DNA from: a bacterium
Lineage (GTDB): Bacteria > Babelota > Babeliae > Babelales > GCA-2401785
Reading direction: 5' to 3'
NCBI GenBank assembly: GCA_018656485.1
Contig: JABIAA010000050.1
Span: forward strand, 1 to 44,378
DNA: 44,378 nt
Part shown: positions 10,095-19,263 of the stretch, piece by piece
Position numbering within the stretch: the stretch's first letter is position 1
Layout of the letters: every line of letters begins with the position of its first letter
Notes under the pieces: model-generated
Database searches by the model: none
Told to the model about the DNA's origin: nothing
The model's input: only the letters and a program-made list of their open reading frames with translations
Program-made: the position numbers and the translations under genes

Positions 10095-10129
10095 GCGGGT
10101 TTTTTGCTCGCAGCCTTTGGTAGAAATTA

Positions 10130-10858
10130 ATGACAACTTCAATCTTTCCACAAATCATGGCAATGTTCGCCCAGCTGCTACCGGCGTTCATTTTGGTTTT
10201 TTCGTTTTACGGCTTTTCACGCGCACTTGCTGCAAAACTTATGGGTGACCACACTGCGCAACATGAGGGTTTTTTAACGCTGAACCCAGCGGCACATATC
10301 GACATCTTTGGAATGCTCATCACCCTGGCAATCTTTGTAGTCGTCAACACACTTATCTCTGGCGGATTAGCTTTTCCAATCATTATTGCGATTTTAATTT
10401 TAATCGGTGCGCGCTGGCGCAAAATTGTCCCTATCAATGAGGAAATGTTCAGACATCACAGGCTAGGAATTCTTGCCACGACACTCGCAGGACCCATCGG
10501 ATCTTTCTTCTTAACTTTCCTGTCATGCGTCGCAATTAGATTTTTCCCAATCCAAGCCGTTTCTGCTCCAGTCGGAAAAACGGTGACACAGCTACTGGGA
10601 ACGATCACCGAACTTAGCGCGTTCTGGGGAGTTTTGGAACTTATTCCATTTCCACCATTTGACGGCGGACGACTTCTACAAGTTGTTTTGCCTCGGTCGA
10701 AAGAATGGATCATTGAGTGGTTCGAGATATACGGAGTTTTCGTTTTTTTAGCGCTCATTATTTTGCCAGGGGTAAGCACAATATTCATCGGCGGCCTGCA
10801 CACACTCGCAACAATTGTTAAACTTATCGCACTTAAGATCGCTTTCATTGGAGCCTAA
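10130..10858 (+). CDS. site-2 protease (peptidase M50B)-like membrane protein lacking the HExxH motif
   Basis: LMGDHTAQHEGFLTLNPAAHIDIFG and LIPFPPFDGG match family signatures (GDPTA..G..TLNP..H.D, NL.P..PLDGG). The position of HExxH reads YGFSRAL. Confidence 0.75.
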   Translation: MTTSIFPQIMAMFAQLLPAFILVFSFYGFSRALAAKLMGDHTAQHEGFLTLNPAAHIDIFGMLITLAIFVVVNTLISGGLAFPIIIAILILIGARWRKIVPINEEMFRHHRLGILATTLAGPIGSFFLTFLSCVAIRFFPIQAVSAPVGKTVTQLLGTITELSAFWGVLELIPFPPFDGGRLLQVVLPRSKEWIIEWFEIYGVFVFLALIILPGVSTIFIGGLHTLATIVKLIALKIAFIGA

Positions 10859-10873
10859 CCCAGGAGTCTCGTA

Positions 10874-12067
10874 ATGATTTCTCCAGAAGAACAAATCAAA
10901 ACACTTCAAGTTGGCACCGAACAGATTCTCCCAAAAGAAGAGTTGAGGAAAAAGCTAAAGCGCGGAAAACCGCTCATTGTAAAATTTGGTGCGGATCCAA
11001 CTGCACCGGACCTGCATCTTGGGCACGCCGTCGTACTTTCCAAGTTGCGACAGTTCCAGGACCTAGGGCACAAAATTGTTTTCCTCATTGGTGATTTTAC
11101 AACGAAGATTGGTGACCCGAGCGGTCGATCAAAAACACGTCCACCGCTGAGCGACAAAGAAATTAAACAAAATGCAGAAACATACTTCACACAGGTTGCA
11201 AAAATTTTAGATCCCAAGAAAACTGAAATCGTCTACAACTCCACATGGCTCAACAAAATGATGTTGTCGGACATCCTAAAACTTCTTGGGAAGGTCACCG
11301 TCGCACGAATCATCGAACGAGAAGATTTCAAAAACAGGCTAGACAAAAATCTACCGCTCGGCTCTCACGAACTGTTGTACCCGCTGTTGCAGGGCTACGA
11401 CTCCGTTGAGTTGAAGGCTGACCTAGAGCTTGGTGGAAGTGATCAAACTTTTAACCTTCTCATGGGTCGACACCTTCAAGAACAATACGATCAAGAACCG
11501 CAAGTTGTTATGACTTTCCCCTTGCTTGAGGGAACCGACGGTGTCGAAAAAATGTCCAAGAGTTACAACAACTACATCGGGCTTTTCGAGACAGCTGAAA
11601 ACGCATTCGGAAAATTGATGTCCATTTCTGACGACCTCATGTTCAGGTACTCATTACTCCTTTTGCATACATCAAACGAAGAAATCGAAAAACAGAAAAA
11701 AGAAATCGCATCTGGTTCTTTGCACCCAATGGACCACAAGAAAAAAATTGCGCACACCATCGTCACAAAATTCTGGTCCAAAGAAGAGGCGGACAAGGGG
11801 CTTGAACACTTTAAGTCAATCTTCCAAAAGAAAGATTACGAACAAGCAACCGAGGTCAAAGTCAGTGGACTTGAAAGTCCGTGCTGGATCGTTGATCTTT
11901 TGAAGACTACAGGCGCTGTGACAACATCATCGCAGGCAAAACAACTCATCGAAGCTGGTGCGGTTACAATCGACGACGTCAAGGTCGCCGACTTCAAGGC
12001 AACAGTCAAATGGAAAGCCGGCTCAATCATTAAAGCAGGTAAAAAGAAAATTATAAAAATTAGCTAG
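10874..12067 (+). CDS. tyrS: tyrosine--tRNA ligase
   Basis: Class I HIGH motif (DLHLGHAV), KMSKS motif (EKMSKSYNN), a GGSDQ motif and a C-terminal S4-like domain. Length is 397 aa. Confidence 0.93.
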   Translation: MISPEEQIKTLQVGTEQILPKEELRKKLKRGKPLIVKFGADPTAPDLHLGHAVVLSKLRQFQDLGHKIVFLIGDFTTKIGDPSGRSKTRPPLSDKEIKQNAETYFTQVAKILDPKKTEIVYNSTWLNKMMLSDILKLLGKVTVARIIEREDFKNRLDKNLPLGSHELLYPLLQGYDSVELKADLELGGSDQTFNLLMGRHLQEQYDQEPQVVMTFPLLEGTDGVEKMSKSYNNYIGLFETAENAFGKLMSISDDLMFRYSLLLLHTSNEEIEKQKKEIASGSLHPMDHKKKIAHTIVTKFWSKEEADKGLEHFKSIFQKKDYEQATEVKVSGLESPCWIVDLLKTTGAVTTSSQAKQLIEAGAVTIDDVKVADFKATVKWKAGSIIKAGKKKIIKIS

Positions 12068-13095
12068 GCAATTCCAACCTCACCACACACTTCGAGCTCG
12101 ACTTTGATCACGTTGTCTGCAGCCGCGAGAAACTTGTCCCAACGCTCTTCATCCCAAGAGGACAAACAATCCGCTTCGTATGACGGATAACCGCTAAGCC
12201 AAATTCCCACTAGGCCATCCCAGACATCTTCGAAGGTGTCTCGCAAAGAAGCAGTATGTGGATTTTCTAAGCTTGCAGCTCGTGAGGCTTCCCACACATA
12301 AAGAATCATTTCAGCAAGTCGCTCATTGTACCACAGACGTTTTAAACCACCAGAAAGTTCTTCTGTTTCAATTGGTTCATATCCAAGTCCACAAATAATT
12401 GCTGAAGCTTTTTTTTGAACTTCTTTTGCACGATCAGCGCCTAAAAAATCGCAGGCTACTTTTGAAACATCGAGTAGTTTGTTGTCAATAACAAGAGTGT
12501 GCTGTTTGTGAAATGCACGAAGAGACATATTTACAAACATTGCCTCGAGCAAAAAGTCTTGTGCGTCCTGCGTGGAGAGATTCAAGCCCAGGCCATCAAG
12601 ACAACCTAAAACTTCAGAAAACTTACTTCGAATCTTGGCATTTAATTTTTTGTACATCAAAGCAACGCAACCACAAGCCGCTGCTGCAAACAAAGAGAAA
12701 CCAACGATCGGTTTCCACGTCAGCGCCTTGGCACCCTTAGGAACACTCATGATTCCATTTTTTTGCAAAGCAGCACAGATCCCAAGCGCAACGGGGCTGA
12801 TAATTGCCCCCCCGGCGAATGCATATTTTTCAAACTTATCCACCCTTGCAAGCGCTGGATATTCTGGCGTGTGAAATTTCACCCAAGCCTTTGTAAATCC
12901 GTTGATCTTCTCAAACAGCTCTTGCTGAAGATCTTTCTCCTCAAGTGCTTGGTAAATTTTTGCACTATCGCTGGCTTGTCCTGAACAAAGAAACTTTGAT
13001 GCGGCAAATTCAGAAATTTTGATTTCGGCGGGGCTAAAAGAAACACACGACTGCGATGCAGCACAAAAAAGTATTGCAAGTTTTAGAAACTTCAT
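12064..13095 (-). CDS. secreted/membrane protein with a central paired hydrophobic hairpin
   Basis: TGGAG RBS. The signal peptide is MKFLKLAILFCAASQSCVS. Two TM-like segments (FAGGAIISPVALGICAAL and IVGFSLFAAAACGCVALMY) are separated by 19 aa. The stop overlaps the tyrS stop within CTAG. Confidence 0.7.
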   Translation of the reverse strand: MKFLKLAILFCAASQSCVSFSPAEIKISEFAASKFLCSGQASDSAKIYQALEEKDLQQELFEKINGFTKAWVKFHTPEYPALARVDKFEKYAFAGGAIISPVALGICAALQKNGIMSVPKGAKALTWKPIVGFSLFAAAACGCVALMYKKLNAKIRSKFSEVLGCLDGLGLNLSTQDAQDFLLEAMFVNMSLRAFHKQHTLVIDNKLLDVSKVACDFLGADRAKEVQKKASAIICGLGYEPIETEELSGGLKRLWYNERLAEMILYVWEASRAASLENPHTASLRDTFEDVWDGLVGIWLSGYPSYEADCLSSWDEERWDKFLAAADNVIKVELEVCGEVGIA

Positions 13096-13170
13096 GGCAA
13101 CTCCAATAAGAAAAATTGTCAGATGCCACAGTTAACAAAAAAAATTGTAAACCGTCAAAAGCTGAAAAGC

Positions 13171-14169
13171 TTATCGCATTGTGACAACTTTAACAAAATC
13201 ATCATACACACAATGACATGGCTGCTCTACGAACATTTTGTAGCCAGCGACAGATCCGGCCATGCACGCGAGAAAACAAATAAGCTCACAACAATTGTAT
13301 CCATTGGGCACCCGGCTGTATAAATCTGTAAAACATTGGAACCGAGTTGCGCCATTATTCTCGTAAGTTGCAATAGAATTAAATATATTTTGCGCCTCAA
13401 AAATCCTTCTGTAGCAACGCCCGCGCCCGACAAGCCTACCGCAATGATCGTGTGCAAAATCAGATAGATCATTTAAAATTTCACACGAAGCGTTCGCCAG
13501 CGCTATTGTGCCGCTCATCAATGCCGCTTTCATTTTTTCGCCAATCTCAATCGCCTTTTTAGCTTTAAGATCAGAAAGACCTAGTTCGTCAAAAAGATTG
13601 AGGACCTCATTGACCACACTAAGAACAATTTTCACACGTGTTTCATCATAAAAATTTAGATTCGACCGCGCCCTTGAAAAAATAAATTCGTACAATGCTA
13701 CGACATCACGTTGCAACTCAATCGGATCATCGTTGGGAATTTCGTTCGACGCTCTGCTACACGAAGCAACCGGCGAACAAGATGCTCCACTGCCGAGGCT
13801 ACTAGCAAGTTGTCCAATGCTAAACGAAATTGGAAGCGCATCGACCACAACTTCATTGCTAAGGAGCTCCATTATAAAATCGTCTTGATGAACCGCAGGA
13901 AGAAGACTTTGAATTCTTGGATCATCTGAATTTTTTAGATGATCATCCATCCAATTCTTGAAGGATCTGAATTTTGCATCGCCAAGCATTTCACGCAATT
14001 TTGTCTTCGCCTTTTTGCGCTTCGCGGCAGTCGCTTCGTTGTAAGAATAAAACGCCATCCTGACTTGCGATTCAAAAGCAGCCCAGCTGATTTTCTCAAC
14101 CGCAAAGGCCCCTGAAACCACAACCAACAAAGCCGGAATTATGCACTTTACAAAATTGGAAATTTTCAT
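13171..14169 (-). CDS. secreted protein, paralog family A, member 1
   Basis: ATG at 14169 gives MKISNFVKCIIPALLVVVSGAFAVEKISW. It is paralogous to the next two genes. The C-terminal tail is Cys-rich and ends VVTMR. Confidence 0.8.
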   Translation of the reverse strand: MKISNFVKCIIPALLVVVSGAFAVEKISWAAFESQVRMAFYSYNEATAAKRKKAKTKLREMLGDAKFRSFKNWMDDHLKNSDDPRIQSLLPAVHQDDFIMELLSNEVVVDALPISFSIGQLASSLGSGASCSPVASCSRASNEIPNDDPIELQRDVVALYEFIFSRARSNLNFYDETRVKIVLSVVNEVLNLFDELGLSDLKAKKAIEIGEKMKAALMSGTIALANASCEILNDLSDFAHDHCGRLVGRGRCYRRIFEAQNIFNSIATYENNGATRFQCFTDLYSRVPNGYNCCELICFLACMAGSVAGYKMFVEQPCHCVYDDFVKVVTMR

Positions 14170-14210
14170 TGATGACTCGTGAAAATAAAATACAATAAAA
14201 AAACAATGGC

Positions 14211-15254
14211 TTATCGCATAACAACAGGATTTCTTGCTAGACAAACTGAACAGTCTCTGCATTCAAAGTAAAAAATCGCTGCATAGATACAAAAGTTCAA
14301 GCTCTTCGTGCCACAACAAATCCTATAATTACAGAAACGCCAAACTGATTCAAATACATCCTTGAAGCATCCAACATGATCACCCGCTTCATTCCTTGTT
14401 ATATCATGAAGGAGTCTATCCGCCTCGAGAAAAACATGTCGGCCATCAAAATTTTTATTCGCGCCCAAAGAACCGGTTGCGTCACGCCCATTTTTTCTCA
14501 TTCTCATAAATTCTTCAAGATCAAAGGCCAGCGTTTCAACAAGTTGTGTAATTTGCGTGTTTTTTGGACTTTCAAACCCCGCAATAAACTCTTGATTTTC
14601 AGCGCTACCTTTTATTTGTTTTATTAATTTCGAAGTAATTTTTCTGATTTTTTTGACATCATCATCTGACAAATCGGGATTAACACAAGTAAGAGAAAAA
14701 ATATTTCCCACCAAAGAAATCAGTAATTTAACTCGTTCATAATCATAAAAAGTGATCCGGTTTTCCACAGCCAAGTCTAATACCACCTTGAAACCATTAG
14801 CCAAACTTTCTCGCAACGATATTTCCGCGGAGGAATCGGCTACATGAGTTTTTTTCATTTTTCTATTTATCAGAACGCTTGAAGAAGCCCCGCCGTGAGA
14901 CCCCACTTGCTCAAAAGCGTCCCCAAATATTTGTGCCTTTGATACATCAACCACTTCACCAAGGAGATCAATAATGCAGCTGTCTTTGTATCCCTCCAAC
15001 ATCAAAGATTGAATTGACGAATTATTAATCTGATGTTCGAGAACCCAATCTTTGAAAAAAATAAATTTTTCTTCCCCCAATATCCTACGCAGTCCTTCTG
15101 AAGCTTTTTGACGCGCCTCTACATCACCATGGGAAAAAGCCATCGAGACCTTCAACTCAAATTCATCCCAACAAACCTTTTCAACGGCATAAATCTCCGA
15201 AAACAAAAAATATAAGATTAGTGTAATGGATTTTATAAATTGGATTTTTTTCAT
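14211..15254 (-). CDS. secreted protein, paralog family A, member 2
   Basis: ATG at 15254 gives MKKIQFIKSITLILYFLFSEIYAVEKVCW. Shared blocks include ITFYDYERVKLLISLVGN. The Cys-rich tail ends PVVMR. Confidence 0.8.
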   Translation of the reverse strand: MKKIQFIKSITLILYFLFSEIYAVEKVCWDEFELKVSMAFSHGDVEARQKASEGLRRILGEEKFIFFKDWVLEHQINNSSIQSLMLEGYKDSCIIDLLGEVVDVSKAQIFGDAFEQVGSHGGASSSVLINRKMKKTHVADSSAEISLRESLANGFKVVLDLAVENRITFYDYERVKLLISLVGNIFSLTCVNPDLSDDDVKKIRKITSKLIKQIKGSAENQEFIAGFESPKNTQITQLVETLAFDLEEFMRMRKNGRDATGSLGANKNFDGRHVFLEADRLLHDITRNEAGDHVGCFKDVFESVWRFCNYRICCGTKSLNFCIYAAIFYFECRDCSVCLARNPVVMR

Positions 15255-15376
15255 TTTCAACTCATACAAATAAATAAAACCAAAAATTAAGACGAAAAAT
15301 TCAACACTGTTTTATAATCAGTCAACAATCGACATAGAAATATAAAATCCCACCGGATTCACACATATGCATTAAT

Positions 15377-16381
15377 CTATTTGCCCCAGAAGACACCCCA
15401 CACAAAGTCTTTCCCAAAAAAGTAGACGTAAGGGAAAAAGTCCAAAGTACCCCAACTTTGATCGCCATAATCTCGTCGATTAGGAAAATTCTTGAACACA
15501 CTGGCACAACCACTTTCTTCATCTTTTTTGATTTCACCAAAGACCCGATTTGCTTCTCGCACTGCCGACAAACCTAAACTTCGCCGCCAACTGAACACTC
15601 GGTATTTCCAACTAACAAACTTCGAAAGGTCCAACATAATTGTTTGTAACGACTCTGAAAGAGAAGGACTTTGTGGATCTTGGAATTCACCAATACATTC
15701 GTAATTTGCAACACTCTTTTGAATTCGATCTATGACTGCCTCACAAATCTCTCTTATTTTGTCGGCCTCATCTTTCGATATGACAATATCGGAACAACCA
15801 AGCCTAAAAACTTTTCCTACCGCAGATAACAAAGCAGAAACTCTGGTACAATCATAAAATGTTAGGCTTGACTCTCTTGCCATATTTAATATCGCGTAAC
15901 ATTTTGCAACCAAGCTTTGCCGCAACGCATCCGGATCATCTTTCTTGATCGTCACGGTTTTGTTGCTACACTTTTTCCTGCAATGAGCCCTATCCCGAGG
16001 AATCAACCCACTATGTAATTCGATTGGATCTGCAACACTATCGATCTCTCGATCCTCTTGAATATCAACCACCTCACCAAGAAGCCTAGTCGCATAATCA
16101 TTTTCACGAACCGAAGAAAGAAGATTTTGTATTCTCGGATCTTTTTCATCTTCTAGGTATTTTTTTAACCACTCTCTAAACGCATCATATCGCCCACCCA
16201 ACATTTTGCGCAATTCAGATTTTGCAGCTTTCCGTTGCCTCTCAACCCAGACCCCAGAGTAAAAAGCCTTATTAACCTGTGCAGAAAAAGCATCCCAACA
16301 GACCTTGTCAACAGCAAAAGCTCCTGAGCCCGCAACCAACAAAATCAGGACAACATATCTTATAAAGCTTGGAATTTTCAT
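15377..16381 (-). CDS. secreted protein, paralog family A, member 3
   Basis: GAGG RBS. The N-terminus is MKIPSFIRYVVLILLVAGSGAFAVDKVCW. Shared blocks include LTFYDCTRVSALLSAVGK. The C-terminus differs from members 1 and 2 and is aromatic-rich. Confidence 0.8.
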   Translation of the reverse strand: MKIPSFIRYVVLILLVAGSGAFAVDKVCWDAFSAQVNKAFYSGVWVERQRKAAKSELRKMLGGRYDAFREWLKKYLEDEKDPRIQNLLSSVRENDYATRLLGEVVDIQEDREIDSVADPIELHSGLIPRDRAHCRKKCSNKTVTIKKDDPDALRQSLVAKCYAILNMARESSLTFYDCTRVSALLSAVGKVFRLGCSDIVISKDEADKIREICEAVIDRIQKSVANYECIGEFQDPQSPSLSESLQTIMLDLSKFVSWKYRVFSWRRSLGLSAVREANRVFGEIKKDEESGCASVFKNFPNRRDYGDQSWGTLDFFPYVYFFGKDFVWGVFWGK

Positions 16382-16398
16382 TTCGGCCTCGTGATCTA

Positions 16399-17196
16399 TT
16401 ATTTTTTACGTTTATTTTTTTTGCTCATACTTTCAATCCCTTTAATAAATTCATTAATGAACGATGAAAAGCATGTACAGCGAGATTCGTGATATGCATC
16501 CAAAACAGAGTCTGCAAAATTCCCACCGGGGTCGATTCCACACCAATCGATTCTGCGATCATCTCCAACATTCCAGTTGCGACGAGACAAAGTTTTAAGC
16601 ACTTTCATCACGCCACTTCTTGTAGCACCAGTCTTTAAAAAATCCATAAGGGTTGGCTCACCAATTGCTTTAGTAGATTCGTAAAGTTCTACAAGTTCAT
16701 CTGGTGTTATAACATCACCAAAAGAATTTGGACTGGGTGGAAGCCCTTGCTTTGCCGCAGCAGAAGTACGAAGCATTCTGTGATCAACCACACTACTGCT
16801 GCACGGACTGCGAACTTCAATCGCTACAAATCCTTCGAGAAGTTTTTTGGAGTTATATCCATCGTTTAATTTTTCGTCCATTTCACCGCTCTCAATTGCG
16901 GGGAAAATATCCTGACTTCGCACGCCACCAACAATGTTGCAATATCGCGTCAACCGATCACAAAACAATTTGCCTTTTTCTCTTCCAAGCACTGTATAAA
17001 TGTTGTCACGAGAAGTTTTCTGATCTCTTTTGAAGCATTTTCCAGGGCTCACAACACACCGATCAAACCAATTTCTAAAAGTCTCGGTGGCAACCGGAAC
17101 CTTTATCGCAGGTGGCCGCTTCGGTTGCGGCGTAGAAAAAATATTGCACGGAAGTGCGAGAAAACACACAAGCGAAATTGATCGAATAGAAATCAT
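16399..17196 (-). CDS. secreted protein, paralog family B, member 1
   Basis: The signal peptide is MISIRSISLVCFLALPCNIFS. The first 11 codons and about 45 nt upstream are almost identical to the next gene. The C-terminus is polybasic (SKKNKRKK). Confidence 0.8.
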   Translation of the reverse strand: MISIRSISLVCFLALPCNIFSTPQPKRPPAIKVPVATETFRNWFDRCVVSPGKCFKRDQKTSRDNIYTVLGREKGKLFCDRLTRYCNIVGGVRSQDIFPAIESGEMDEKLNDGYNSKKLLEGFVAIEVRSPCSSSVVDHRMLRTSAAAKQGLPPSPNSFGDVITPDELVELYESTKAIGEPTLMDFLKTGATRSGVMKVLKTLSRRNWNVGDDRRIDWCGIDPGGNFADSVLDAYHESRCTCFSSFINEFIKGIESMSKKNKRKK

Positions 17197-17274
17197 TCTT
17201 TAATCCCATAAAATATTTTTGTTTTTCAATGTATCAAGCCTTTAAGTCGAATCTGCCCCATCGTTTTTTGCCAC

Positions 17275-18303
17275 TCAATAGCTAGCGATTTTAATAGAAA
17301 GCAGCATGTACTCATAAAAAGTAACACCTGAATTCTTATACGAATCAAGTATAGACTTCGCCTCATCACCGGAAAAACCAACGTCGCCAAAATCTATGTC
17401 GTAATTTCCAAGTGGAACATGTTTATTCAAATCAGCCAAGCGCTGACAAGTGGCAACCACATGACACTTATGCATCGGAAAATCAAGAGGGAACCCAAAA
17501 CCTCCCTTGTTAACTTTAAGGACATCCTGCTTGAAGTTGGCAATGGCACCCTTAGTGTCTAAGATGGGGGGATAGTTCTCAAGGTTACCCATTACCACCA
17601 ACAAATAATCTAAAAAAGGAAGCTCTGACTCTAGATAGCAATCTACCATTCTCTTCGCCCAGTCTGAATCCGGACAAATCCCACAAAATTTTATATCTAG
17701 GCTACCAACCGGAAGAGATCTATTATGGTGCGCCAAAGTACTAAGTACATCAACCATAGTTGGCTTACCTCTAGAATCTAGATGTCGCACAGGACCGAAA
17801 AAACTCGTAACCTCATTCGGATTTAAAGCTCTCACAGACCCTTTGGGCTCTCTTGTAACTCTTGGCCTTGCAACCGCGGCTTCACGCACCTTCCTGTATG
17901 CAGGAAGAGGACTATCTTTTTTCGGAAAATCAACCCTATCATCGAGAAGATCTAAACAACTTTGTCCATCGGCTAGTTCCGCATCAATCCTACCATCACA
18001 GATTGCTGGCATAACATCCTGAATGCGCAGGCCTTCGAATTTTTCACAATATTTCTTTATCCGATCACGAAATGCCCTGCCTTGCTCATCGCCAAGAACC
18101 TTATCAATATTTTTACAAAAAGCTTTGCATTGACCGTCATTAAACTTTGCAGGGCTCACGATACATTCTACCCAATTTTTAAACATCCCCTCCTTCACAG
18201 GGAGTTTTATATTTTCAAGCGGCTTTGTTTTTTTGGGCGCAGAAAAAACATTGCACGAAATTGCGAAAAAACACACAAGCGAAATTGATCGAATAGAAAT
18301 CAT
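17275..18303 (-). CDS. secreted protein, paralog family B, member 2 (internally duplicated C-terminal domain)
   Basis: The signal peptide is MISIRSISLVCFFAISCNVFS. Two copies of a roughly 60-aa module are present (..LPVGSLDIKFCGI..AKRMVDCYLES..FLDYLL and ..VPLGNYDIDFGDV..AKSILDSYKNS..FYEYML). Confidence 0.8.
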   Translation of the reverse strand: MISIRSISLVCFFAISCNVFSAPKKTKPLENIKLPVKEGMFKNWVECIVSPAKFNDGQCKAFCKNIDKVLGDEQGRAFRDRIKKYCEKFEGLRIQDVMPAICDGRIDAELADGQSCLDLLDDRVDFPKKDSPLPAYRKVREAAVARPRVTREPKGSVRALNPNEVTSFFGPVRHLDSRGKPTMVDVLSTLAHHNRSLPVGSLDIKFCGICPDSDWAKRMVDCYLESELPFLDYLLVVMGNLENYPPILDTKGAIANFKQDVLKVNKGGFGFPLDFPMHKCHVVATCQRLADLNKHVPLGNYDIDFGDVGFSGDEAKSILDSYKNSGVTFYEYMLLSIKIASY

Positions 18304-18338
18304 TTTTTAATCCTATAAAATATTTTTGTTTTTTGTAT

Positions 18339-19256
18339 TCAAGCAATCGCTTCAAGCAATCGCTTCTGCTCGAGAAGCAAAGAATCTACGCAATGGAAAA
18401 AATGCTTCTCATCCTCTGGACCATGATAGATCGGAAAAGTTGTATTCCATTCTTTCTGTGCAAAATTATCATCGACAAATTTTGGTTCAAATTGAACCAA
18501 AATCGATTTACCAGGACTGAAATCCCCACTTGCTTTAAACTTAAGGCAACAACTTCCCTTCAATTTATCAATCCCATCGTCTAAATCGATTGCCATTTGC
18601 TGACCAGAAACAACATTGCTCACAAGAGCCGAAACCCCATCCCGAATTATCGATGCAACCGCACGCGTTACAAAACGATCTTCATGCAAAGAATCTACCG
18701 GTGATGAAAGTAAAAAATTTTCGAACAATGCGACGAAGGCTTCGATATCCCTTCTAACAACTGTCTCTTTTTTAGCTTTCTCCGATTTGAAAGCATCCGG
18801 GCTGATCACGCTTAGATCGTTTGGAACAAAGGTTCTGCTTGTTGAGCGACTGCTAGAATTTTGCGGGCTAACCGGTTCCTCAAATTCAATCCGGTCTTCA
18901 ACAAGCCGTTTTAGTTTTTCTCGCCCTTTTAAATCTTCAACCTTAGAGCCTTTCACCGCCTTAAGATCTTTTTCCATCGACGACCAGTTGTATTGCGGAA
19001 AGCTCAAAATCCAATCCACAAAAACGTTAACCCCGTCTTTGCCAAAGTTATCCGCGAGATCAGCCTTCGCTTCCTTGCGAATTTTTTCTGTTTTTCCAAG
19101 ACGAAACCTACGAACAATCCCAGGCAGTGAGCTCAATTTAACTTTTGCGTTACTTGGAATAACAACGCGAATCGGTCTTTGATTTTTTCCAGCACAAACA
19201 TTAAATTGCGAAACAAAAAACATCGAAAGCGTGAGCATTAAAAATTTCTTTAACAT
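18339..19256 (-). CDS. secreted protein, paralog family C, member 1
   Basis: ATG at 19256 lies 7 nt after the stop of member 2, with an AGGAA RBS. A signal peptide is present. The N-terminal ~160 aa are near-identical to member 2. Confidence 0.8.
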   Translation of the reverse strand: MLKKFLMLTLSMFFVSQFNVCAGKNQRPIRVVIPSNAKVKLSSLPGIVRRFRLGKTEKIRKEAKADLADNFGKDGVNVFVDWILSFPQYNWSSMEKDLKAVKGSKVEDLKGREKLKRLVEDRIEFEEPVSPQNSSSRSTSRTFVPNDLSVISPDAFKSEKAKKETVVRRDIEAFVALFENFLLSSPVDSLHEDRFVTRAVASIIRDGVSALVSNVVSGQQMAIDLDDGIDKLKGSCCLKFKASGDFSPGKSILVQFEPKFVDDNFAQKEWNTTFPIYHGPEDEKHFFHCVDSLLLEQKRLLEAIA

Positions 19257-19263
19257 GAAGTTC

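Noticed and set aside
12064-12067. A 4-bp overlap of the convergent tyrS and 12064-13095 stop codons (CTAG).
   Set aside because: It is real in the sequence, but it is a common compaction feature. It implies only that no terminator lies between the two genes.
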